This document shows, in pieces, positions 9,496-18,714 of a stretch of 64,000 bases of DNA (positions are counted from its first letter, which is position 1; every line of letters begins with the position of its first letter). The notes under the pieces were generated by a model. The model searched no databases. It saw only the letters and a program-made list of their open reading frames with translations, and was not told where the DNA came from. Source of the stretch: Fibrobacteria bacterium. GTDB lineage: Bacteria > Fibrobacterota > Fibrobacteria > UBA11236. Location of the stretch: NCBI GenBank assembly GCA_041746255.1, contig JBGTHM010000097.1, forward strand, positions 29,302 to 93,301. The letters run 5' to 3'. Both the position numbers and the translations under genes were made by a program.

Positions 9496-11501
9496 AGGGC
9501 TTCCTCCTTGACGCTAACGGTAAGCCCCTTGCCATTCCATCGCGCCAGGGTCGTGGCGGAGTCCAATTCCCGGTCTTCGAATTGGATGGGTAGACCGCCT
9601 TCTCCGAGGCGAACAAATACCTTTTCGCCGTCGGCGAAGAGGAGCGATACCGATTCTTCATCCACCCGTAATTCCGAAACGAGTGCATCCAACTCCTCGA
9701 TACCCGTGGTTCGCGTACGCCCACAAACCTGAGCCACCAATACCTTGGTTTCGCCGGCACGGCAGTTTGCGACGAACTCAGGCACCGCGCTGCGGGCATA
9801 GCGCACGTTCTGGCCATGCAATTGTCCCTGCGACTCGCGGCATTCTCCGGAAACATAGCCATGCAAGGCGCGGAAATAGGAAACCCGTTCACCGTGACGG
9901 GCCGCTATGGAACCGCGGCCACGATGGACTTCCGCCGCATCGCCCATTGCGAAACCCAGGGGATATCCGCCTTCGCGGAGTTTCATATCAACGGTACTGT
10001 TAAGGCGATGGATGAGGATTAATTGATCCCCCTTGGGGATGATCCAAGTACGCCCTTCCCCTTTGGGGTCGGCGATATGCAGCGGGTAACGCGAAATGGA
10101 AGCGCCGTTGTCGCAGTAAAGCAAATCCATTTTCCAGCGCTGATAATACTGGATTCCGTCGGAAGAGAATTGCAGGATATTGTCGCAATTGTACGAGCCA
10201 TGCACCTTGCCCGCCTCGTAGGAAAATTCCGAAGAATAAGCGAACTTGGTATACTTGGCGTTATAGTCGGCATCGTTGTGATATGACTTTTGGGATATGA
10301 GCTGAACATGCCCGGACTTATTATCACCGATTAAGGTAAGACCGGCCTCCGGCACGCTGCGGCAGAAATCGCCTTTGTGGATCGGTAGCGGAGCCTCAAC
10401 CGCCTGCCATAGCGAATCGTTTTCGGGCAGCATGAGAATGTTGAAAGCCTTACCGGCCCAATAGGGAGAGCCGCCGCAGGAATAATGTTCCAGAATGTCC
10501 TGGCAAGGGCCCACGAATCCCAAGCTTAAATGTCCCGAATCGGTAAGGATGTCGCGATCGAAAAACCACTTCGCACCCAGATTGTACATCGTCTTGGCTT
10601 CGCCTGCCGAAACCCCGATGCATCCCAATTCCTGGGCCAATGCGAACGGCGCTAAATAGGCGAAGCGGTAAATCATGGAGCGGCCGAAGCAGGGCGCGGC
10701 GCCGTCGGCGGCGAAGAAATAGCGAAAATCCTGCGCGAATTCCACGAACCGCTGTTGCACGGTTGCGGAAAATTCCGGCTTTTCTTTTCCGTCCAGCACG
10801 GCCCACATGAGAAAGTAATAGTGGAAGGCCCAGGCATTGTAATAATCGATGCGGTTCAAATTGCCGTCCCGGTACCATCCGCGTCCCATATACATGGCGT
10901 CGCAAACTTCCAGATGGGTGTCGATTTGGCTTTGCACATGCGGCATACCCAGTCGCTTCAACACCGAATTGACAATGACGTTGAACAGCAGCCAATTATT
11001 GTTGTGATATTTTACCTGAGTACACTGGAATAAGTAATCCGCCACTTGTTTTTGTTCGGCGGAGGAATAACGTTCCCAGATTTTTTCGCGCGACTGCCAC
11101 AGCGACCATGCCAACGAAGCGCATTCCACGAGATGCTGGGCGTGATCGACGATGTCGCCCCAATACTCGGGATGCCGCGGATCAGTGCCGTTCAGGATGC
11201 CTTCGCTATAAAAACCCGCCACATCGACGCTACGTCCCTTCCACTGGAACGTTCCCGCCTCGCTGCGGGAAAGCCAGGGTCCGGCCATAATGAAGGAACG
11301 GGTGAACCCCTCCATTTCATCCGCTTGTCGACCATGGTGGCTGCGGGGCCCTTCGATGACTTGGCGCGCCTTTCCCGGGGAGGCGCCATCCAGAATCGGC
11401 AGGAATAGTTGAAAGAACGCTTCCTCCCAATGCCTGCGCGTGAAGCCGCTCAGAGGCGAGGATTTTTCATCCTGCTCCGCGAGAAATTGCAGACGTTTCA
11501 T
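9477..11501 (-). CDS. DUF2264 domain protein (GH154-like glucuronidase)
   Basis: ATGA overlap with the GH3 stop; MEGFTRSF, GTDPRHPEYWG, QHLVE, NNWLLF, GWYRDG, DYYNAWAFH, FGRSMIYRFA, YSCGGSPYW. Confidence 0.88.
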   Translation of the reverse strand: MKRLQFLAEQDEKSSPLSGFTRRHWEEAFFQLFLPILDGASPGKARQVIEGPRSHHGRQADEMEGFTRSFIMAGPWLSRSEAGTFQWKGRSVDVAGFYSEGILNGTDPRHPEYWGDIVDHAQHLVECASLAWSLWQSREKIWERYSSAEQKQVADYLFQCTQVKYHNNNWLLFNVIVNSVLKRLGMPHVQSQIDTHLEVCDAMYMGRGWYRDGNLNRIDYYNAWAFHYYFLMWAVLDGKEKPEFSATVQQRFVEFAQDFRYFFAADGAAPCFGRSMIYRFAYLAPFALAQELGCIGVSAGEAKTMYNLGAKWFFDRDILTDSGHLSLGFVGPCQDILEHYSCGGSPYWAGKAFNILMLPENDSLWQAVEAPLPIHKGDFCRSVPEAGLTLIGDNKSGHVQLISQKSYHNDADYNAKYTKFAYSSEFSYEAGKVHGSYNCDNILQFSSDGIQYYQRWKMDLLYCDNGASISRYPLHIADPKGEGRTWIIPKGDQLILIHRLNSTVDMKLREGGYPLGFAMGDAAEVHRGRGSIAARHGERVSYFRALHGYVSGECRESQGQLHGQNVRYARSAVPEFVANCRAGETKVLVAQVCGRTRTTGIEELDALVSELRVDEESVSLLFADGEKVFVRLGEGGLPIQFEDRELDSATTLARWNGKGLTVSVKEEALCLTPQ

Positions 11502-13294
11502 CGTGCAACCTCCGCGACCTGTGCCCGTTGGGTTTTCGCCTGCACGATGGGAAGGCGCAGGGGATTGTAGTTGCTGATAGGCCAACTGCCCTTGGGGTTT
11601 CGGGTTCCCAGCAATACGTCGCGCAACATGCGCAGGCCCTGCGGAGAGAGGTTCATATCGAGAACGATGCTCGGGGCTTCGGGAATCATACCGCCGAGAC
11701 CCTGGATGCTATAAGGGGTATTCGTGATAAGCACCACGGGAAGCCCCTGTTCAATCAGCGCACGCGGATATTTCAGCGCCTTATGGGAGCGATCATAGAA
11801 ATTGGTGCATAGGATAAGGTCATATTTATTCGCCTTCACCCAATTGAGAACCGTGGTTTCGTCCGCGTCGTTATGTCCGAAATCCGTTTCCAACGTTTCC
11901 AGTTCCGGCCAACCCTCTTCCATGAGCTCTTGAAACATCGAAGGATGGTCGAACTTATCATTCGGGGTTTTGATGGAGTTTAACTGATTGATGAGTAAAA
12001 CTTTTTTGCTGCGATTCAACGGCAAGGCTTTCAATTCGTCCTTGGCGATGAGAATGGCGTTTTGAGCCGCCTTTTCCGCGGTATCGACTACGAAGGAATC
12101 CCTGAAAGGCTCGGCGGCCTGGGCCGGGTTTACCTTCCCCATTTTTTCAAACAGACCGTAGTCGTATTTGAGAGAAAGAATACGCTCCACCTTGGCGTCG
12201 ATTTCCGTTTCGGGAATACGGCCTTCTTTCACCCAGCGAGTGCACAATTCGAACATTTCGCCACGCCATTTGTTTTCGGCTTTCATCAAAATCACATCGG
12301 AGCCGGCCGCCAGAGAACGTGCGCACGCTTCGGCCGTGCCGAACTTATCGATCAAGGCGCCCATGGTCATGCTGTCCGTGGTGATCAGGCCTTTGAATCC
12401 CATTTCTTCGCGTAAAAGCCCCGTGATGATCTTGCGCGATACGCTGGAGATATTGTCCGGGTCAAGCTGCGGATAGATGCAATGCGCGATCATGATGGAA
12501 TCGACATCCGCCTCGATGAGACGCTTGTACGGAAGCAATTCGATATTTTCCAGGCGCGATCGGTCAACGTCGAGAGTCGGGCAGTCGTGATGCGCATCGA
12601 CTGCGGAATCGCCACGACCGGGGAAATGTTTCGCCGCGGCTATCACGCCCTCCTCCTTGAATCCGCGCACCATGGCCTCCGCATACTCGGCCACTACTTC
12701 CGGATCATCACTGAAAGCACGGTTTCCTATTTCGGGATTTTGCGGATTGATATTAACATCAACCACCGGCGAGTGGATCATATCCAATCCGGCTGCCTTG
12801 AGTTGCCGGGCTACGGCGCGGGCCACGTCATAAGCGAGTTCTGGATCCCCTCCGGCTACCAATCCCATGGAAGAGGGAAATTGCACCACTCCGCCGCGCG
12901 TATAATCCTTGCTTGCATCGCCTTCCTGATCCACCACCATGTGCAGCGGGATGGGAACGCGCCGATTGGCAGCCAATTCGCGGAGCCCGTTCAGCATTTC
13001 CGCATACTCTTCGGGGCTTAAATAGGGAGCCGGGCCTTGATGCGCCATTTTTTGCATGGATGGGATGAATCCCGGCCCCATATCAATGGACTTGGCCCGC
13101 GAATCGCTGAAATACCGGAAAATCCGCACGAAAGGAGACAGCCGGATGCCGCCGCAATGGTAGCGGGTTATCGCCTCGCGCAAATCGTTGGTAGGAACAG
13201 TGCCAGACATGCCGACCACGATACATTGACCCACTTTCTCTTCCAGGGTCATGGACCGGACCAAATTCTGCACAAATGTCTGCTTATCCTTCAT
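11498..13294 (-). CDS. GH3 beta-N-acetylhexosaminidase (NagZ-like), cytoplasmic
   Basis: DQEG, SPVVDVN, RAFS, KHFPGRGDSAVDAHH, ITTDSMTM; no signal peptide. Confidence 0.9.
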   Translation of the reverse strand: MKDKQTFVQNLVRSMTLEEKVGQCIVVGMSGTVPTNDLREAITRYHCGGIRLSPFVRIFRYFSDSRAKSIDMGPGFIPSMQKMAHQGPAPYLSPEEYAEMLNGLRELAANRRVPIPLHMVVDQEGDASKDYTRGGVVQFPSSMGLVAGGDPELAYDVARAVARQLKAAGLDMIHSPVVDVNINPQNPEIGNRAFSDDPEVVAEYAEAMVRGFKEEGVIAAAKHFPGRGDSAVDAHHDCPTLDVDRSRLENIELLPYKRLIEADVDSIMIAHCIYPQLDPDNISSVSRKIITGLLREEMGFKGLITTDSMTMGALIDKFGTAEACARSLAAGSDVILMKAENKWRGEMFELCTRWVKEGRIPETEIDAKVERILSLKYDYGLFEKMGKVNPAQAAEPFRDSFVVDTAEKAAQNAILIAKDELKALPLNRSKKVLLINQLNSIKTPNDKFDHPSMFQELMEEGWPELETLETDFGHNDADETTVLNWVKANKYDLILCTNFYDRSHKALKYPRALIEQGLPVVLITNTPYSIQGLGGMIPEAPSIVLDMNLSPQGLRMLRDVLLGTRNPKGSWPISNYNPLRLPIVQAKTQRAQVAEVAR

Positions 13295-13396
13295 GTCTTG
13301 TTCCTTTCAAGTAACCGGAAATTTGTAGTATAGATGGCATAAGTTAACGGATTTGCGTGCTTCCGGTTTTTTGCTTCGGAATCCAGATTACATAAG

Positions 13397-13533
13397 TGTT
13401 CCAATTGTTCTCAGAAATTGTTAAATGGATTTCCCAACCAAGGCTTCAGGCCCGGTATGAAGGGCGGCGAAACCTTTAAAATTGGGCAGTATAGGCTCCC
13501 CATGGCTGGAGAAACAATCGAACAGTTGGGACA
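13397..13533. promoter_or_regulatory. Paired candidate operator sites in the divergent promoter region
   Basis: GAACAATTGGAACA (minus, 13397-13410) and GAACAGTTGGGACA (plus, 13520-13533) are 12/14 identical. Confidence 0.5.
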
Positions 13534-13589
13534 TTTGGGCATTCAAACCCGCTTCCATGAGCGGACATCCCGCCTAATTTCTGTTGCAC

Positions 13590-15212
13590 ATGCTTAAAAA
13601 ATCTTGCTCGCGTTTTATTGTGGTCGCCGCCCTTGTGCTCGGCCCAGGCGGTTTACTTCCAGTTAAGGCCCAATTGGGACCCATCGAGTTGCATACCGAC
13701 GGCAAAAAGGTATCGCCTTGGGTATATGGAGTAGAGAACTCCGCCAGCCCCTTGGCTCTCGGTTTCTTTTTGAAATCAGGCTATGCTTATGAGAGTAACC
13801 TGTTCGATAGTCCGAATCATTTCCGCAACCTGGGAACCAACCAAGCCCGCCAGTTTCCCTCGTCGGTGAATATGATGCAGGATGGCACAGCTTGGTATTC
13901 CGCTACCGGAGCGGAGATGAACTGGGACTTAGGCCAACATCGATTGCGCTTCATGGCCGCTGCGCAAAACTACCGGGTTCCCGGCAAGGATATGCCAGCG
14001 TTTCTGGACGACGGAAAATTCAACGGCTTGCTCGAATCGCTGGCCGACAAATCCTCCTGGAACCTTTATATGCAGCATCGGTGGAACCTACTCCCTTGGC
14101 TGGAACAACAAACCTTACTCCAAATGGACCGTAATTATGCGAAGAACACCGACATTTTCGGCCGCGCGGCCCTGGGCAATGGTGAAGATTTCCTCCATAA
14201 TGAAGCGACGGTCGAATACCTGGCCAATACACCGGCTCCGCCGGGTTTGGGAAGAGGACAGGCCTCCCTCATGCTTCAGGCCCGTCACCGCGAGTATTCC
14301 CCTTCCATCAAGAACGTCCCATACTGGATGGCCGACTCGATTCTCCTGATTGAAAAAGACGGCCCACTACTGAACGCCTTTAACTTCAACGACACCCTGA
14401 ACGCGGATTACCTGCAATGGCGAGGTCGTCTGCGTCATATTCAAGGCATGCGCCATGGGTTTTCTTCACGCGTGTCATTCGATTTGATAAAACGCGATTA
14501 TTCAGACATGCTGGCTAAACTCATCAAGGACACCACCCGGGTTCCGGCAGTGGATATGGGCGACATTCCCGTGATTCCGATATACAACTCGGACAGCGTA
14601 GTGATTGGCACTATGCCGCCTCCGGGACATCCCAAGCGTTCCCAATCGGAATACCGCGCCTATGCAGGTTTGCAATACGACCCCCCACATGTCAACCATT
14701 TGCGTTTGCAGGTAGGCTGGCAATGGTTAAAGGTAACCGATCCCTATCAGGGTTTTTACGGGTATACTCAACGAGGCCTGTTTGCCTCGACGATTTACGC
14801 GCCTTCGAGTCTGGCCCATATCGAATTGGCCATGAGGGTGAGCCAGCGTACTTATGACGAATTGTTGGCAAACCTGCAATACTGGGCGCCACGCGGAGTC
14901 AATCAAGTGGAATTCAACAACGGCGCGCCCGTAAAAACCGTCACCATCGACGAACTCGGGAATCCCAGGAACATTTACGACATTAGCTACCAAGGGGCGA
15001 CCCGGCTGGCTACCCAATCCGTGGCCGTCAGTTTGCGGGGACAATTGCCGGTATGGCGGAATCTGGCGCTATGGGCCCATATGTTCCTGGATATGCGCAA
15101 CAGTAACCGACCGGATACGGAAATGTTGAGTCGGGAATACTACAACCATCTGGTGGGAGCCGGGATTACCGTATACATGGACTACAATCACAAAAAAAGG
15201 GGTGACCTATGA
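13590..15212 (+). CDS. Putative outer-membrane beta-barrel protein of unknown family
   Basis: Signal peptide ending VKA; SGYAYESNLF, alternating amphipathic strands, terminal YNHLVGAGITVYMDY strand. Confidence 0.6.
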   Translation: MLKKSCSRFIVVAALVLGPGGLLPVKAQLGPIELHTDGKKVSPWVYGVENSASPLALGFFLKSGYAYESNLFDSPNHFRNLGTNQARQFPSSVNMMQDGTAWYSATGAEMNWDLGQHRLRFMAAAQNYRVPGKDMPAFLDDGKFNGLLESLADKSSWNLYMQHRWNLLPWLEQQTLLQMDRNYAKNTDIFGRAALGNGEDFLHNEATVEYLANTPAPPGLGRGQASLMLQARHREYSPSIKNVPYWMADSILLIEKDGPLLNAFNFNDTLNADYLQWRGRLRHIQGMRHGFSSRVSFDLIKRDYSDMLAKLIKDTTRVPAVDMGDIPVIPIYNSDSVVIGTMPPPGHPKRSQSEYRAYAGLQYDPPHVNHLRLQVGWQWLKVTDPYQGFYGYTQRGLFASTIYAPSSLAHIELAMRVSQRTYDELLANLQYWAPRGVNQVEFNNGAPVKTVTIDELGNPRNIYDISYQGATRLATQSVAVSLRGQLPVWRNLALWAHMFLDMRNSNRPDTEMLSREYYNHLVGAGITVYMDYNHKKRGDL

Positions 15213-16156
15213 AACGCATCATACAACTACAAGCCTTGGCATTGCTATGCCTGACGGGCGCGGCCACGGCCGATGTGGTTCTGGATAATATGCAGGGCTC
15301 AGGGAATCGTAACACCGCCGGCGGCGTCATTTTCGTAGTGGCCGACACCGCGGGCGGCTCTACCTGGACCTATCCCGATATCGGTTTTTCCTATTGGAAC
15401 CTGGCCGATGGCGGACCGGCTCCCGGTGCCGGTAAAGTCACCTATTTGCATGGTACTGTCGGCGGAAAGGGCGATTTCCCCCATTTGACCTATGGCATGT
15501 ATTTCGACAATCCCAAATCGGTGCTGGATTTGAGCTGGCTAACCGGCATCGCCTTGCGCGTGCGCGGTGTGGGCCTTTGGCGCACCAAAATCAAATGCAA
15601 TATCATCGATTCCTTGGCCATCGCGGATTTGGGCCGCAAGGAGGATCAGGTCGCATGGAAATATTCTTTAACCGGCTTGAGTTCCACCGAGTTCCAATGG
15701 GTGGTGATAACTCCCGAGCAACTTTCGTCCAATGTCGGCGCCATGAACCTCCTTTTGACCCAAAAAGGAATCAGCAAGCGCGACGTGCTTAAGACCGCCT
15801 GGAAATATTATATCCAAACCGATGGCTATACTTCCGCCGATGCGGGTACCGAGGCATGGATCCAGATTTCCGACATCATTTTTCTGGGACCTCAAAATTC
15901 CATTGGCGCATCCATCGTGAAGCCTACCCCGGCTCAATGCGCGGAGATCGGCGCCTGTAGTGGAGGCAGCTCCATTCTGTCAAGAGGCATTTCTTTTTCA
16001 AACAGGATGCCCACGCCCCAATCGCATATTTTCGCATTGGACGGTCGGTTCTTAGGAAAGCATGGTTCTCTCAGTCAAACCGCATCTTTGCCTAAGCTAT
16101 ACCTAAACAAGGATGAGGGAAAAACCTCCTTGCATTCTTCACTGTCAGGACGTTGA
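15209..16156 (+). CDS. Secreted CBM11/CIA30-like protein with short C-terminal tail
   Basis: Signal peptide; VVLDNMQG, LDLSWLTGIALRVRG, IQISDIIFLG; tail IFALDGRF. Confidence 0.6.
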   Translation: MKRIIQLQALALLCLTGAATADVVLDNMQGSGNRNTAGGVIFVVADTAGGSTWTYPDIGFSYWNLADGGPAPGAGKVTYLHGTVGGKGDFPHLTYGMYFDNPKSVLDLSWLTGIALRVRGVGLWRTKIKCNIIDSLAIADLGRKEDQVAWKYSLTGLSSTEFQWVVITPEQLSSNVGAMNLLLTQKGISKRDVLKTAWKYYIQTDGYTSADAGTEAWIQISDIIFLGPQNSIGASIVKPTPAQCAEIGACSGGSSILSRGISFSNRMPTPQSHIFALDGRFLGKHGSLSQTASLPKLYLNKDEGKTSLHSSLSGR

Positions 16157-16162
16157 ACCCAA

Positions 16163-16927
16163 GTGAATTTTCCGAAACTGTTTTCCTTTTTGGTATTGGG
16201 GTCTGCCCTCTCCTTCTCGGACGTCCTTTTGGACGACATGGAGGGAGAGCGCCTCAACCAGGCCCGCTCCGGCGGATACTGGTTTTTGATTTTGGACGCC
16301 AAGTCCCATCAGGATGCCAACTCCCAACTGATCTTTCCTCCCGATCTCAATTTCAGATTCCATGATACGGCAGGTTACGGAGGCAGTCGCGGCGCCCGGA
16401 TTCATGTGAAGATAGGTTCGGGCTATCGTTATCCCTTCGCCGGCATCGGATTCAATATCGATAATTTCCGGGAACCCGTCGATTTTCTCAAAGTGCATAG
16501 CGTGCGCTTTCTGGCTCGCGGCAAGGGAACTTTCCGGCTTAAAATTCGGGACGTTTGGAGTACGCGCCAAACCCCCAATGCCAATTTCGAGCATGACTTC
16601 ATCGTTAGTCCGGAGTGGCAGGTTTTTGATTTGGAAACCAAGGACTTTCGCGTTCCCCGAGGTTCCCCATACCGGCGCGAAGGGAAAACCTGGGAAGACG
16701 TGGCCGATTCGGTAATCAGTTTGATTTTTACCACGGCGTCCTATCAGGACAGGGATGCCGGTACCGAAATCAGGCTGGACTTGGACCTCATCTCCCTGGT
16801 GGGTATCGACTCGGCCGGAGCCTCGACCACACGGCCCCCCAAATATCCCCAGCTAAAATCCAACCGGCATTTGGAACGAGGCATCCGCGAAGAGGATTTT
16901 GACGATGCCGGAAGCTCGGAGTATTGA
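16163..16927 (+). CDS. Secreted CBM11/CIA30-like carbohydrate-binding protein
   Basis: Signal peptide; LLDDMEG...GGYWF, YPFAGIGF, VDFLKVHSVRFLARGKG, EWQVF, LDLDLISLVG. Confidence 0.72.
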   Translation: MNFPKLFSFLVLGSALSFSDVLLDDMEGERLNQARSGGYWFLILDAKSHQDANSQLIFPPDLNFRFHDTAGYGGSRGARIHVKIGSGYRYPFAGIGFNIDNFREPVDFLKVHSVRFLARGKGTFRLKIRDVWSTRQTPNANFEHDFIVSPEWQVFDLETKDFRVPRGSPYRREGKTWEDVADSVISLIFTTASYQDRDAGTEIRLDLDLISLVGIDSAGASTTRPPKYPQLKSNRHLERGIREEDFDDAGSSEY

Positions 16928-18714
16928 TGGAAAGCACTCTGGCCACGGTCGGAAACCTGGACTATGCCATCATTGCGGGCTATATGGCCCTGATGTTGTC
17001 TCTGGGTGTGATTTTCAAACGCTTCAACAAAAACTCCACCGACTATTTCCGTAGCGGCAGCCGCACGGCCTGGTGGATGGTGGGCGCCAGCTCATTTATG
17101 ACCGCCTTCAGCGCCTGGACCTTTACCGGAGCGGCATCGGCGGCCTACAATTCGGGCATCAGCGTAGCGGTTATTTTCATCGCCAATACCTTCGGCTTCT
17201 TGGTCAATGCCGCATTCTTGGCGGGATGGTACCGGCAAATGCGCGTAACCACGCTTCCAGAAGTTCTACGGGAGCGCTTCAATAAGGCCACACAACAGGT
17301 TTATGCCTGGCTGGGAGTCATCTTCTCCTACCTGATGGCCGGCTTGCACCTTTGGGGCGTATCGATTTTCGCTTCGGCCATTTTCGGTTTCCAAGTCGAG
17401 CATATCATCATCGTGCTGGGCATCGTTGTGGTCTTCTATAGCACGGTGGGCGGCGCTTGGAGCGTATCGGCCACCGATTTCGTACAGGCACTCATTCTCA
17501 TCCCGCTCACCATTCTCGTAGCCATCCTATCGCTTATTGAAATTGGCGGCTTTACCGGCTTGCTCCAATCGTTGAAGTCCGCGGGATTGGATAATCACCT
17601 GGTGCTGGTGGAAACCGGGCCAATGGCCAAATTCACCTTAATCTATTGCATTGCGGTGATAATGAAACAGCTCATGGTCTATATCGGCCTAAACGACTCG
17701 GTCAAGTATTTCGCCGTTAAGGATGGCACCGAAGCGCGTAAAGCTGCGGCTCTGGCGGGCTGCATGATGTTCGCCGGCAGTTTGTTGTGGTTCATCCCTC
17801 CCGTGGTGGCGCGTTTAAAATATTCCCACCTGGTCGAGGGCATTCCCCTGAAAAATCCGGCGGAGGCTGCCTATGCGGTAGCGGGAATGCAACTCCTTCC
17901 GACCGGCCTGATCGGTTTATTGATGGTGGCGGTGCTCGGCGCGACCATGAGTTCCATGGACAGCAGCCTTAACCGCAACGCCGCTATTTTTACCCGCGAC
18001 ATCGTGAAAGGTTTGATGTTCCCGAATTTGCGGGAAGAATCGCAATTGCGCATTGGGCAAGGTTTCACCTTGGTATGCGGAGCGATAGTTATCAGTTTGG
18101 CGCTGTACTTCTCCGGTCGGAGCGGCCAAGGCATTTTCGAAACCATGATGCAAATTGGCGGCTTAGTGGCCATTCCCAAGCTGGTGCCTCTGCTTTGGGC
18201 ACTCTTCGTACGGAACTCACCCCAGTGGATTGCCTTGGTTTGCGCCGCCTTCGGTTTTACGAATTCAATCTTCCTGGAATTTTTCTGGGACAGTTATCCC
18301 ATCAAATTCGGTGCGGACGAAAAATTCCCCACCATCATTTTCACCAACTTCGCTTTAGGCACAGTGGTTTACTGGTTGGGTACCTGGTTTTACCCGGCCC
18401 GGGACGCTTATCGGGAACGCACAAAGGCCTTTTTTAAACGGATGCATACCCCCGTTAATTTCGAAGAAGAAGTGGGCGGTTCAGTGGATCGCCAACAATT
18501 TCGCATTATCGGTATATCCTGCATGGTGCTGGCTGTCTTCATCCAGATTTTCGGCTTTCTTCCGGGTTCGTCCCGAATCGGCCTGTTCTTTTTCGTATCT
18601 GGTTTTATCGGATTGACCGGTTTGCTTTTCTGGTTCGCTTCGCGGCGCGATAAGTATAACCTTAAGCCCGCTCCACCTCCGGTAACCCCGGTTCCCATCG
18701 AGGAAGAGGCCTGA
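16927..18714 (+). CDS. Sodium:solute symporter (SSS family sugar transporter)
   Basis: DYFRSG, WWMVGAS, FSAWTFTG, ERF, GGAWSVSATD, ATMSSMDSSLN; many TM helices. Confidence 0.93.
   Translation: MESTLATVGNLDYAIIAGYMALMLSLGVIFKRFNKNSTDYFRSGSRTAWWMVGASSFMTAFSAWTFTGAASAAYNSGISVAVIFIANTFGFLVNAAFLAGWYRQMRVTTLPEVLRERFNKATQQVYAWLGVIFSYLMAGLHLWGVSIFASAIFGFQVEHIIIVLGIVVVFYSTVGGAWSVSATDFVQALILIPLTILVAILSLIEIGGFTGLLQSLKSAGLDNHLVLVETGPMAKFTLIYCIAVIMKQLMVYIGLNDSVKYFAVKDGTEARKAAALAGCMMFAGSLLWFIPPVVARLKYSHLVEGIPLKNPAEAAYAVAGMQLLPTGLIGLLMVAVLGATMSSMDSSLNRNAAIFTRDIVKGLMFPNLREESQLRIGQGFTLVCGAIVISLALYFSGRSGQGIFETMMQIGGLVAIPKLVPLLWALFVRNSPQWIALVCAAFGFTNSIFLEFFWDSYPIKFGADEKFPTIIFTNFALGTVVYWLGTWFYPARDAYRERTKAFFKRMHTPVNFEEEVGGSVDRQQFRIIGISCMVLAVFIQIFGFLPGSSRIGLFFFVSGFIGLTGLLFWFASRRDKYNLKPAPPPVTPVPIEEEA

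Noticed and set aside
11502..11585. Long N-terminal extensions in the ORF track (also at 2016, 7705, 21339, 32478, 34794, 39952, 54673, 57531)
   Set aside because: Better starts with RBS or stop-start overlaps lie downstream; the extensions are longest-ORF artefacts.
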